Below, piece by piece: positions 51,431-61,124 of a stretch of DNA of 64,000 nucleotides. Under the pieces are notes generated by a model. It saw nothing but the letters and a program-made list of their open reading frames with translations. It made no database searches and was not told where the DNA came from. The stretch spans positions 64,001 through 128,000 of the forward strand of contig CAWDSK010000008.1 of NCBI GenBank assembly GCA_963804995.1. The letters run 5' to 3'. Every line of letters starts with the position of its first letter. Within the stretch, counting starts at the first letter, position 1. The translations under genes were made by a program, and so were the position numbers. This DNA comes from an uncultured Acidobacteriota bacterium. Its GTDB lineage: Bacteria > Acidobacteriota > Terriglobia > UBA7540.

Positions 51431-53470
51431 ATGCGGTCGTTAAGAGTCTGGCTTGCCCTGGTTCTGCTTTGCCTTTTGTCGCTGGTCGTCGTGGCGTCGC
51501 CGCCGGGTTCAGAGCACAGTTTTGATCTTTCCAACCTGGATCGGAGCTGCGCCCCTTGCAAGGATTTCAACCAATTTGCCAACGGCGGATGGCTGGCGAA
51601 GAATCCCATTCCCGCCGCTTACCCGAGTTGGGGGGTTGATAACCTTGTGGACGAGCGCAACCAGGAGATTCTGCACCAGATCCTCGAAGACGCTGCGAAG
51701 AACCCGGGGGCCACCCGGGGAAGCAATGAACAGAAAATCGGCGACTATTACGGAAGTTGCATGGACACGGCCAAGATTGAAAGCGCCGGCCTTAAACCCT
51801 TGCAGCCGGAGTTTGACCGCATCGCGAGGCTTTCAGATGCCAAAAGCCTCGAAGACGAGATTGCCCACCTGCAAGGCATGGGAGTGCAAGCTCTCTTTGC
51901 AGTAGATTCGACCCAGGACTTTAAGGATAGCAGCCAGGTAACAGGGGAAGTCGACCAAGGGGGCCTGGGCTTGCCTGACCGCGATTACTACACCCGTGAC
52001 AACGAAAAATCCAAAGAGCTGCGTGCCGAGTACGTTAAGCACGTCACCAAAATGTTTGAACTGATGGGTGGCAGCCCGGCGAAGGCCGCCGCCGAATCCC
52101 AGGTGGTCATGGAGCTGGAAACGAAACTGGCCAAGGCTTCACAAACCAACGTGGAGCGCCGCGATCCCCAGACCGTTTACCACCGCATGCCTCAGGCCGG
52201 GCTTAAAATGCTGGCGCCCCAATTCCCTTGGGAGGATTACTTCACGGCCGTGAGTTTGGCGGGAAAGGGCGACGTGAATGTGACGGCCCCCGACTTCTTT
52301 AAAGAGATGAACGCCCTGGTGGCGTCGGAGTCCATGGCCAACTGGAAGACTTACCTGCGCTGGCACCTGATTGACGCGTCGGCGCGCAACTTATCCTCGC
52401 CATTTGTCGATGAGAATTTCCATTTCAAGGGCACCATACTTTCCGGTACGAAAGAAAACTTGCCGCGCTGGAAGCGCTGCGTCCGCTACACCGACGGCGC
52501 CCTGGGTGAGGTGCTAGGGCAAGTATATGTTCAGAAAGCTTTTCCCCCGGAGGCCAAAGCGCGGGCCCTGGCGATGGTGAAGAACCTGGAAGCAACCTTG
52601 GCTGATGACCTTCGCCAGCTTCCGTGGATGAGCGAAGCGACGCGCCAGCAGGCACTGATCAAGCTCCAGGCGATTACCAACAAGATCGGCTACCCCGACA
52701 AGTGGCGGGACTATTCCGCGCTCGAAGTCGACCGCCGCCCCTTTGTGGAAAACGCCTTCCGCGCAGAGGAATTCGAGTTCCAGCGGATCCTGAATAAAGT
52801 CGGGAAGCCTGTAGACCGCGGGGAATGGGATATGACTCCACCCACCGTAAATGCCTACTACAATCCCCAACTGAATGAAATTGTTTTTCCGGCCGGAATC
52901 CTTCAGCCCCCCTTCTTTGATTACGAGGCTGACGAAGCGCTCAACTATGGCTCCATGGGATCGGTGATTGGGCACGAGATGACCCACGGCTTCGACGATG
53001 AGGGCGCCCAGTTTGATCCTCAGGGCAATTTGAAGGATTGGTGGACTCCCGCCGACCTGAAGGAATTTAAGGCGCGCGGGGAGTGCATCGTGAAACAGTT
53101 TGACGGCTTCAAGGTGGAAGACAAGCTGCACGAAAACGGCAAGCTGGTCGAGGGCGAAAGCATTGCGGACCTGGGCGGACTGGTAATCGCTTACACGGCC
53201 TTTGAGAAGTCCCTGGCCGGCAAGCCCCGGCCGCCGGAGATCGATGGGTTCACCCCCGAACAGCGCTTCTTCCTCGGCTATGCGCGGGGGTGGGAGGAGA
53301 ACATGCGGCCGGAACGCGCGCGTATGCTGACGAACGTTGATCCGCACCCGCTGCCGAAATTTCGCGTCATCGGCCCGCTTTCCAACTTTCCGGCGTTTGC
53401 CCAGGCCTTCCATTGCCAGGCCGGCGACGCCATGGCGCGCCCGGCCGGAGATCGTTGCGCGATTTGGTAA
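51431..53470 (+). CDS. M13-family metallopeptidase (PepO/neprilysin-like)
   Basis: PCKDFNQFANGGW, VNAYY, GHEMTHGFDD, GESIADLGG. Confidence 0.95.
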   Translation: MRSLRVWLALVLLCLLSLVVVASPPGSEHSFDLSNLDRSCAPCKDFNQFANGGWLAKNPIPAAYPSWGVDNLVDERNQEILHQILEDAAKNPGATRGSNEQKIGDYYGSCMDTAKIESAGLKPLQPEFDRIARLSDAKSLEDEIAHLQGMGVQALFAVDSTQDFKDSSQVTGEVDQGGLGLPDRDYYTRDNEKSKELRAEYVKHVTKMFELMGGSPAKAAAESQVVMELETKLAKASQTNVERRDPQTVYHRMPQAGLKMLAPQFPWEDYFTAVSLAGKGDVNVTAPDFFKEMNALVASESMANWKTYLRWHLIDASARNLSSPFVDENFHFKGTILSGTKENLPRWKRCVRYTDGALGEVLGQVYVQKAFPPEAKARALAMVKNLEATLADDLRQLPWMSEATRQQALIKLQAITNKIGYPDKWRDYSALEVDRRPFVENAFRAEEFEFQRILNKVGKPVDRGEWDMTPPTVNAYYNPQLNEIVFPAGILQPPFFDYEADEALNYGSMGSVIGHEMTHGFDDEGAQFDPQGNLKDWWTPADLKEFKARGECIVKQFDGFKVEDKLHENGKLVEGESIADLGGLVIAYTAFEKSLAGKPRPPEIDGFTPEQRFFLGYARGWEENMRPERARMLTNVDPHPLPKFRVIGPLSNFPAFAQAFHCQAGDAMARPAGDRCAIW

Positions 53471-53474
53471 ACGC

Positions 53475-53985
53475 AGCCGCAGATCAACGCAGATGAACGC
53501 AGATAGCAAGAAATTCGAACACCAAGAGCTCACGCGAAAGATCATCGGTGTGTTCTACGATGTGTACAACGAGCTTGGCTACGGGTTTTTGGAGTCCGTC
53601 TATGAAGAGGCGATGGCCATCGCGCTTCGACAGGCGGGGTTGGGGGTGGAACGGCAGGTTTCGCTGAAAGTCAAGTTTCGCGGAGAGGTAGTCGGGGATT
53701 TTCGCGCGGACATGGTTTTAGAACGCGCCGTCATCTTGGAATTGAAAGCAGCTTCCGCCATAGATTCGGCGCATGAGGCGCAGTTATTGAACTATCTGCG
53801 AGCCACCGAAATCGAAATAGGCCTGTTGCTCAACTTCGGGCCAAAACCGCAGTTCAAGCGCCTGGCCTTTGCCAACGAAAGAAAGGGCAAGCCGCAGATC
53901 AACGCAGATGAACGCGGATGAACGGAGATCGAAAGCATTGAAGGGCTCTTCTTAAAATCCGCGTTCATCTGCGTTGATCTGCGGC
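53475..53985. repeat. Decamer (AACGCAGATG) repeats bracketing the GxxExxY gene, plus an inverted copy
   Basis: 26-bp identical direct repeats at 53475-53500 and 53890-53915. 53957-53985 is the exact reverse complement of 53891-53919. Confidence 0.92.
53493..53921 (+). CDS. GxxExxY protein (PD-(D/E)XK nuclease fold)
   Basis: LGYGFLESVYE, ADMVLE..VILELKA, QLLNYL, GLLLNFG. Confidence 0.93.
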   Translation: MNADSKKFEHQELTRKIIGVFYDVYNELGYGFLESVYEEAMAIALRQAGLGVERQVSLKVKFRGEVVGDFRADMVLERAVILELKAASAIDSAHEAQLLNYLRATEIEIGLLLNFGPKPQFKRLAFANERKGKPQINADERG

Positions 53986-54023
53986 CAAGGTTTTCTGCGG
54001 TTTTTCCAGTTGCAATGCCTTGC

Positions 54024-54482
54024 TTAAGCGCCCTGAGCAGCGGGGATATCACGCGGCCGGCTTGGCGGACTTTTTTGGAGTTCAAACTGCAAGTCGCGAA
54101 GCTCCGCGATATTCATTCGAGAAATCTGTTCCAGAATCGTAAGGCCACGGCGTGTCAGATGTACTTTGACGAAGCGCCGATCGTGCTCGCCGGGCAGCTT
54201 GCGAACCAGTCCCCGTTCGACGGCCCGCTGCACAAGTCCCACGACGGCGTTATGGCGTTCTTGTAAAAACTCGGCAAGTTCGGAGATAGTCGCCCAGCCA
54301 CGGCCGGTGTAGCCAGCCACTCCCAGCAGAAGTTGGTGCTGCTGCGGGGTGATGCCGCAGGTGCGCGACGCCCTCTCGCTGAAACCGAGGAAGCAACGCA
54401 CCCGGTAGCGAAACCAGGCGAGGCGTCGAATCGCCTCGGGCCTAAGCGGAGGGGTATCGACGGAGGAGGTGCGACGTTTCAT
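54024..54482 (-). CDS. MarR-family transcriptional regulator
   Basis: GITPQQHQLLL...TISELAE.L...H..VVGLV.R....GLV......DRR.V.V.LT..G. Confidence 0.88.
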   Translation of the reverse strand: MKRRTSSVDTPPLRPEAIRRLAWFRYRVRCFLGFSERASRTCGITPQQHQLLLGVAGYTGRGWATISELAEFLQERHNAVVGLVQRAVERGLVRKLPGEHDRRFVKVHLTRRGLTILEQISRMNIAELRDLQFELQKSPPSRPRDIPAAQGA

Positions 54483-54594
54483 ACCCCAACATTATATCAC
54501 AATGTGATTTAAATAGGCGTGTGTTTGCGGGGCTATTGCGGCTTTATGCCGCCGTTTGGGTTCAGTTTCCGAGCTCTGGTTGAACTCGCCCGTC

Positions 54595-55431
54595 TCAAGA
54601 ATTGAGGATGTAGGTTTCGATAGCGAGGGCCACGCCATTATCGTCGCTCGAGGCGGTGATGAGCCACTCGGGTCGCTCCAGGCCCGCGCAGTGATTCCCC
54701 ATCAGAACCGGCAGGCCGGCGAACTCCAGCATCTCCAGGTCATTAAAGTTGTCGCCGATGGCCATGATCTCGCTGGGAGCAAGGTTGCACTTTGCCGCCC
54801 AGAACCTCAAGGCCTTTCCCTTCGAACATCCGCGGTTCATGATGTCGAGCAGAGCGATGTCGCGCGCCGGGTATTTGGTCCAGGTCAGGTGAACGTGGGG
54901 GGCAATCTCCGAGTCGCGGACCAGGGCTTCGGCGGGTTCGATGCGCGCCAAGGGGCCGCCGATCATGAGCTGGACGGGGTCGGTGTCGATGCTAGCTTCG
55001 AGGTGCGCCACCAGCAGCAGGTGATCCAAACTAGTCTTCACATACCACCCCAGGGGGCCTTCCATAATGGCGCTGTCCTCCATGACGACCTGCCCGCGAC
55101 CGGGGACGTGAAAGATGGCAACCGTGTAAGGCCGATATTCCACCACCACACGGAGAGCCTGAAGGGCAACTTCGCGGGGCAGGAAATCCTGGTAGACCAC
55201 TTCGCCGGAGGGCGTGCGGATTAACGCGCCGTTCGAGGTAATGGTCGTGACCGGGCAGGGGATTTGCGATACATAGGGCGCCGCAGCAAGAGGCCTGCGT
55301 CCCGTAAGCACGACGATCTGAACCCCCCGCTCGGACGCGGCGACGAGGGCCTGGCGGTCCTGCTCCGAAATTTCCCATCGACTGTTGATGAGCGTGCCGT
55401 CAAGGTCAAGGGCGATGAGGCGGATCGACAT
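54595..55431 (-). CDS. Cof-type HAD-IIB hydrolase
   Basis: DLDGTL, TGR, SKG.AL, IGDNFNDLEML. Confidence 0.93.
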   Translation of the reverse strand: MSIRLIALDLDGTLINSRWEISEQDRQALVAASERGVQIVVLTGRRPLAAAPYVSQIPCPVTTITSNGALIRTPSGEVVYQDFLPREVALQALRVVVEYRPYTVAIFHVPGRGQVVMEDSAIMEGPLGWYVKTSLDHLLLVAHLEASIDTDPVQLMIGGPLARIEPAEALVRDSEIAPHVHLTWTKYPARDIALLDIMNRGCSKGKALRFWAAKCNLAPSEIMAIGDNFNDLEMLEFAGLPVLMGNHCAGLERPEWLITASSDDNGVALAIETYILNS

Positions 55432-55458
55432 GAGAGAGGAAGATTCTAGCAGATTTCC

Positions 55459-55632
55459 GGAGGCAGGAGTTAGGAGCTAGTAACTTGAAGTTAGGATTTA
55501 GGAGCTAGGAATTGGAAGCGAGGAGTCAGGAGCGACAGGTCAGGAATCAGAGTGGGGACTGCGTCTTGTGATTTCTTACTCCTATCTCCTAACTTCTCGC
55601 TCCTAACTTCTACCTCCGAGCTTCTAACTTCT
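55459..55632. repeat. Long inverted pair of degenerate heptamer repeats
   Basis: AGGAGTT AGGAGCT AGTAACT TGAAGTT... versus ...CTCCTAA CTTCTCG CTCCTAA CTTCT. Confidence 0.8.
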
Positions 55633-55649
55633 GCTAGACTCGCAATCTC

Positions 55650-56837
55650 ATGTCCTTCCTGACGCATCTAGAGTGCGCCCGTTGCGGCAAGCAGTTTGCG
55701 GCGGGGCAGGTCCACAACGTGTGTGAGTGTGGCTCGCCGCTCCTGGCGCGCTATGACCTCGAGCGTGCTCGGACGATGTTCCAGCCCGAGAGCCTGAAGT
55801 CGCGGCCCCCGGACCTGTGGCGGTACCGGGAGGTTTTGCCGGTTACCCGTGAATCTGCAATTGTCAGTCTCGGCGAGGGCTACACCCCACTGTTGCATGC
55901 CCGTCGCCTGGGCGACAAGCTGGGCGTGCCGAATCTGTATCTCAAAGACGAATCGCAGAATCCGACGGGCTCGTTTAAGGCGCGCGGCATGGCGGTTGCG
56001 GTCAGCATGGCGCGGGAGTTGGGAATCCAGCGGCTGGCGGTCCCTTCAGCGGGGAATGCGGGCGGCGCCATGGCGGCTTACGCGGCCAAAGCGGGAATGG
56101 AGGCGGCGGTTTACATGCCGGAAGGGACGCCTCTGGCCAATCGTCTGGAATGCCAGTTGCACGGGGCGCGCGTCACTCTGGTTCCCGGCAGCATCAAAGA
56201 TTGTGGGGGCGTGATGCGCGAGAGTCTGAAGGGGGAGAATTGGTTCGATGTCTCGACCCTGCGCGAGCCTTACCGGCTGGAAGGGAAGAAGACCATGGCC
56301 TATGAGGTCTTTGAACAACTTGGCGGCCGCTTGCCTGACGCCATGATCTACCCCACCGGGGGCGGCACGGGACTGATCGGCATGTGGAAAGCTTTTAGCG
56401 AAATGCATGAGCTGGGATGGATTGGTGAGCGCCGTCCACGCATGTTCAGCGTCCAGGCCCAAGGGTGCGCGCCGATGGTTCGCGCCTTCGTGAAGGGGAC
56501 CGAAACCGCGGAGGAGTGGAAGAATCCGGAAACCCTGGCCTCCGGGCTGCGTGTGCCGGCGGGAATTGGCGATTTCCTGATTCTGCGTGCCCTGCGCGAA
56601 AGCCGGGGCGTGGCGCTCGCGGTTTCTGACCACGACATGCTGGCGAGCGTGCGCGAAATCGCCGAGACGGAAGGGCTCATCACCTCACCTGAAGGCGGAG
56701 CGACCTTGGCGGGGCTTAAGAAGCTGCTGTGGGACGGCTTTCTGGGCGGGCATGAATCGATCGTCCTCTTCCTTACGGCCACGGGGTACAAGTACCTGGA
56801 GGCGCTCGACACTATCGACACCTATCGCGTCAACTAA
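55650..56837 (+). CDS. thrC: Threonine synthase-like PLP-dependent enzyme
   Basis: SLGEGYTPL, NPTGSFKARG, SAGNAG, EGKKTM, PTGGGTG. Confidence 0.8.
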   Translation: MSFLTHLECARCGKQFAAGQVHNVCECGSPLLARYDLERARTMFQPESLKSRPPDLWRYREVLPVTRESAIVSLGEGYTPLLHARRLGDKLGVPNLYLKDESQNPTGSFKARGMAVAVSMARELGIQRLAVPSAGNAGGAMAAYAAKAGMEAAVYMPEGTPLANRLECQLHGARVTLVPGSIKDCGGVMRESLKGENWFDVSTLREPYRLEGKKTMAYEVFEQLGGRLPDAMIYPTGGGTGLIGMWKAFSEMHELGWIGERRPRMFSVQAQGCAPMVRAFVKGTETAEEWKNPETLASGLRVPAGIGDFLILRALRESRGVALAVSDHDMLASVREIAETEGLITSPEGGATLAGLKKLLWDGFLGGHESIVLFLTATGYKYLEALDTIDTYRVN

Positions 56838-56843
56838 ACAGCT

Positions 56844-58035
56844 ATGGCTAAAACCGAACGTCTTTACTACACCGACTGCTATCTGCGGGAATTCTCAGCG
56901 CAGGTCATCCGCATGAGCCCCGACGCCAAAGGGGTGCGCGTGTTTCTTGACCGTACCGCCTTCTACCCTGAGTCCGGAGGGCAAGCGGTTGACCACGGCA
57001 CGCTTGCCGGGATTCCCATCCTCGATATTGTGGACGAGGGTGATGAAATCGCCCATGTGCTTGCGGAGAGTCCGGCGACGGAGACTGTCGAAGGAATCAT
57101 CGACTGGACCCGGCGATTCGATCACATGCAACAGCACACGGGCCAGCACGTGCTTTCGGCGGCGTTTGAAAAAGCGGGCGGCTACAAGACGGTTTCCTTT
57201 CACCTGGGGACGGAAATTTCAACCATCGACCTCGATTCCGACCGCGTGGGCGTAAGGCAAATCGAAACGGCGGAGGAGCTCGCCAATCAAATCGTTTTTG
57301 AGAATCGGCCCGTCCAACTTTCCTTCCGGGCCTCGGCGGAGGCGAACCAGTTGGATTTGCGGAAACCCACTTATCGCGAGGGCGACATACGCCTGGTGGA
57401 AGTCCAGGGATTCGACCTCTCGGCCTGCGGGGGGACGCATGTCAGCCAGACCGGCGCGATCGGCCTGATCGCCATCCGAAAAGTGGACCACACCAAAGGT
57501 CTGACGCGGATTGCCTTTGTGTGTGGAGGCCGTGCCCTGCGGCGGGCTCGGCAGGATTTTACGATTCTGACGGAAGCGGCGCGCTTGTTCTCAGCCGGCC
57601 TCGAGGATGTTCCGGCGCTCATCACCAAACAGGGGCAAGAGCTGCGTGAAGCGGCACGACTTCGCGACAATTTAGTGGAGGACCTGGCGAAGCTTGAAGC
57701 CGCGCAGTTGTGGCAGAGCGCGCTGGAGCGAGCCGGAGTGCGCGTGGTGCGCCGCAGCTTTGAAACCGAGGAAGGGAAGAAAGCCAAGCTGATTGCACAC
57801 GCCGTGGTGAAGCACCCCTCCGCCGTAGCCTTTATAGGTGTCAAGGGTAAGCCGGCCACGCTTCTCTTTTTGCAATCGCCGGATGGAAATCTGAGCATGG
57901 CCGAAATCTTGAAGCAGATACTGGCGAAATTTGGTGGGAAGGGCGGCGGGTCGAAGGATTTCGCTCAAGGTGGCGGGTTGCCGGAGGAAGAGCTCGAAGG
58001 CAGCTTTGGGTTGGGCGGAAAGCTTGTTGCCCTGA
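56844..58035 (+). CDS. alaX: Alanyl-tRNA editing protein with DHHA1 domain (AlaX-L); as read runs to 58100, extra base near 57997 suspected
   Basis: TERLYY, TAFYPESGGQ, MQQHTGQHVLS, CGGTHV, GGKGGG..DFAQGG. Confidence 0.88.
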
Positions 58036-58090
58036 AGGTTGGCGCGTCTTCGCCGCCCGTGTTATATTTCTTAGCAGCTTTGCATCGAGT

Positions 58091-58166
58091 GGGCGCGTAG
58101 CTCAGTTGGGAGAGCGCGGCGTTCGCAACGCTGAGGTCGAGGGTTCGAATCCCTTCGCGTCCACCA
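58091..58166 (+). tRNA. tRNA-Ala (CGC)
   Basis: 76-nt cloverleaf; anticodon loop TTCGCAA; G3:U70 identity pair; GGTTCGAATCC; encoded CCA. Confidence 0.96.
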
Positions 58167-58325
58167 ATAGCCCTGATCCCACTTTGCTTCCTGTATAATC
58201 GATGTAGTGCGTCGCAGGCAACGGTACATGTAGCGCTGACCTTGAGGTCGGCATGTATCCCGACAGGTCGGGACGCTACGACATTGCCGACGCCGCAGAT
58301 TTCGGTGTCAGGTGCAAAGCGCCCT

Positions 58326-58634
58326 ATGCGATGCCCTAAATGTTCTCAAGAAAATTCGGAGAAGATTGTTTATTGTGTGCGCTGCCACACGCCGTTGAGG
58401 TATACGTGTCCCTCGTGCAAAAACGTGCAGGCGCATGGTGGAACTTGCGAAAAGTGCGGTGTTGATTTTAACAAGTATGCGGCGATGCTGGTTTTCCGTG
58501 CCAAGGATAATGCTGCCGCGGAGCGCCAGCGCACCAAGGATCGGACCGCCATAGTGCGGCAGATCCTGCTGCTTCCCATTACCGGTGGACTTTCGCTTTT
58601 TAAGTATTTTGCCGGAAAGATGCGCGGGGACTAA
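58326..58634 (+). CDS. Double zinc-ribbon protein
   Basis: CPKC, CVRC, CPSC, CEKC motifs. Confidence 0.75.
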   Translation: MRCPKCSQENSEKIVYCVRCHTPLRYTCPSCKNVQAHGGTCEKCGVDFNKYAAMLVFRAKDNAAAERQRTKDRTAIVRQILLLPITGGLSLFKYFAGKMRGD

Positions 58635-58691
58635 GGCTTTTCCCCTTCGGGCCTACGTATAACGTTTTGGAACCTCCCGTCCAGCGGGTCG

Positions 58692-60308
58692 CTACTTTTG
58701 CCCCTTAATCGCCACGTAGCGCTTGGCCTTCGCCAAAAGTTCCTTGGCCTGCGGCATGCTTTCCATGGCTTTCTGGACGAGCGGGTCGTTCTCAATGCTG
58801 ATTTTGTCGGCTTCGTTTTCGCCGAAGATCGAGGCCACCAACTGAATGTCAATGCGGGTCTTGATGAAGTCCAGGTTGTCTTTCAGGTCCTGGTCGGAAA
58901 ACGTGATTTTTTCCTTGTCCAGAAACTGCCGGAATTCACCCAACACCTCGTCGGTCACCTGGAAATCCCGGGGAATGGTTTTGTGCACTCCCAGGTAATA
59001 CTTGCCGAAGTTGAAGAAGGCGCTGTGCTGGAGCAGCATTTCCTGCGTCGGCGTCATCTTGGGGTCGGGAACGCGCACGTCCGGGGTAATTCCGCCTCCT
59101 CCGTACACTTCCCGCCCGCCATCGGTCAGGCGGACTTCGGAATGGTTCTGCTTGGTATGCTCCGGGTGATAGTAGTAATCGTAGAGTGAAACATTTTCAT
59201 AGTCGCGCTGAATCAGGCGTCCGCTGGGGGTGTAATAGTGGGCGGTGGTCAGTGCTAACCCAGTGTGTTCGCTGAGGGGATAGACGGTCTGGACCAGGCC
59301 TTTTCCGAAGCTCGGCTCGCCCATTACCAGTGCCCGGTCGTGATCTTGCAAGGCCCCGCTGACGATCTCCGCCGCGCTGGCGGTCATACGGTTTATCAAC
59401 ACCACGATAGGATACTCATTGCCATTGTCGCCCTTGGTGGCGTAATACCGTTTTTCCTGCGAATGCCTTCCGTAGTGGTAAACGATAAGCTGGCTTTTTT
59501 CCAGGAAGTGGTCGGAGACTTCCACAGCCTCTTGCAGCAAGCCACCGGGGTTCCCGCGCAGATCGAGAATCAGTCCCTGCAGGTTCTTATCGCCGAGCTT
59601 CTTCAGCATCTCGGACAGTTCATCGTTGGTATTCTCATTGAACTTGTTGATGTGAATGTAAGCGATACCGGGCCGAGCAATGAAGCCGTCATCCACGCTT
59701 TTTTGGGAGATCTCATCGCGGACAATATCGTATTCGAGGGATTGGTCGTAGCCTTCGCGATTGATCGTGACATGAACCTTGGTTCCCTTGGGGCCCTTGA
59801 GCATTTCGGCTACCTGCGAGGTGTTTAAGCCCTCGGTAGATTTGCCGTCCACCTTCGCCACGATGTCACCCGGGCGCAAGCCGGCGCGGAATGCCGGGGA
59901 GCCGGGAATCGGCGCCACTACGACCGTAATCAACTTGCCCATCTTGCCGGGGCGGGCTGAGATCGACATTCCCACGCCGTAGTATTTGCCTTCCTGATCT
60001 TCCCGCAACAGGGCGAAGGCGCGGGGGTCGAAGAAATTGGAGTGAGGATCGAGGGTTCGCAGTGCGCCGGGGATCGCCCCTACGTTGCCGTTGGTGGGGC
60101 CGTAAATCGCCCGGTCGGGGTCGACGGGGTCAGCGTAGTTCTGCTCAATCACATTATAAATCTGCGTGAAGGCATTCAAACTGGACTTAACGTCTGTGTC
60201 ATCGTTTCCGGCTGTAGCTTCCACTTGCCGCCCGTAAATACCGCCCAAAAGCGCACACAGAAGCACCGTCGAAAAGATGAACCAAACCACCCGACGCGCA
60301 TGTTTCAT
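58692..60308 (-). CDS. ctpA: S41-family C-terminal processing peptidase
   Basis: LDPHS, PDZ domain, LDLRGNPGGLL, TASAAEIVSGALQDHDRA, FGKGLVQ, YYTPSGRLIQ. Confidence 0.93.
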   Translation of the reverse strand: MKHARRVVWFIFSTVLLCALLGGIYGRQVEATAGNDDTDVKSSLNAFTQIYNVIEQNYADPVDPDRAIYGPTNGNVGAIPGALRTLDPHSNFFDPRAFALLREDQEGKYYGVGMSISARPGKMGKLITVVVAPIPGSPAFRAGLRPGDIVAKVDGKSTEGLNTSQVAEMLKGPKGTKVHVTINREGYDQSLEYDIVRDEISQKSVDDGFIARPGIAYIHINKFNENTNDELSEMLKKLGDKNLQGLILDLRGNPGGLLQEAVEVSDHFLEKSQLIVYHYGRHSQEKRYYATKGDNGNEYPIVVLINRMTASAAEIVSGALQDHDRALVMGEPSFGKGLVQTVYPLSEHTGLALTTAHYYTPSGRLIQRDYENVSLYDYYYHPEHTKQNHSEVRLTDGGREVYGGGGITPDVRVPDPKMTPTQEMLLQHSAFFNFGKYYLGVHKTIPRDFQVTDEVLGEFRQFLDKEKITFSDQDLKDNLDFIKTRIDIQLVASIFGENEADKISIENDPLVQKAMESMPQAKELLAKAKRYVAIKGQK

Positions 60309-60382
60309 GAATTGGCAGCTCCTCAGCCCTGCAATGTCAGTATAACATAGGGTTGCGAGGCCGGAAAGCGGCCCCCGACCAC

Positions 60383-60492
60383 GGTGGTGTCTCAGTTTCA
60401 GGATGTAGCGGCGAGTTTACCTCGCCATATGGCGGCGTCCCGATCAGATCGGGATAAATGCCGCCGCCTATACGTCAAACTGAGACACTACC
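60383..60492. mobile_element. MITE (IS256-like ends) enclosing a REP doublet
   Basis: GGTGGTGTCTCAGTTT / AAACTGAGACACTACC; interior is the reverse complement of the 22837 interior; degenerate 9-bp flanking repeat. Confidence 0.7.
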
Positions 60493-60655
60493 CCAGTCCA
60501 CCCTCGCTCAACAGTATGATGCCGGGGGAGCGCTAAGGGTTCGATGGAACGATTGGGGGCAGGGCAGCGGGGTGGGGCGAGGCGCCCAAACGATCGAAGC
60601 ACTCTGGTAATACCGCAACTTGACGTATGTCCCGTAAATATGGGAAACTCTTTTC

Positions 60656-60907
60656 ATGAAGACTACGCTTGAAATTCCGGATCCCATCTTTCGCCGGGCG
60701 AAATCCGCGGCTGCCGAGCGCGGCGTCCCGCTGCGTGAATTTGTAACGCAAGCGGTCAAGGAAAAGCTGGCGGCCGATTCCACGCCTGCCCAGAGGCCCT
60801 GGGTGAAGCACATGGGCAAACTGAAGCATCTGCACCAGGAGACGGAGCGCATCAACCGTCTGATCGAAGCGGACTCCGAGAAAATTGATGCGGAGATGTG
60901 GCGTTGA
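60656..60907 (+). CDS. VapB-like RHH antitoxin
   Basis: MKTTLEIPD.IFRRAK..AAERG..L...V..A; upstream of a PIN remnant. Confidence 0.8.
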   Translation: MKTTLEIPDPIFRRAKSAAAERGVPLREFVTQAVKEKLAADSTPAQRPWVKHMGKLKHLHQETERINRLIEADSEKIDAEMWR

Positions 60908-61088
60908 TATCGACGAGGAGACCACCCATCACTACGCCAGTATTGGCTTGGAGTTGAAAAGATCAGGCAAGCCGATTCCCGCTAACGACCTCTGGATAGC
61001 CGCGCTCTGCCGCCAGCATTCCCTGCCGCTGATAAGCCGCGACCGCCACTTTGATGTGGTTAAGGGTCTTGAACGAATCGATTGGTGA
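60904..61088 (+). pseudogene. vapC: VapC/PIN toxin lacking its N-terminal half
   Basis: G.PIPANDLWIAALC...L.SRD.HF is present; the N-terminal LDT motif is absent. Confidence 0.8.
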
Positions 61089-61124
61089 GGGTTTGGGAGC
61101 TGGCCGAGACTGCCGCCGAACCAT

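Noticed and set aside
58091..58166. tRNA as an integration site
   Set aside because: No integrase and no duplicated tRNA 3' end seen in the window.
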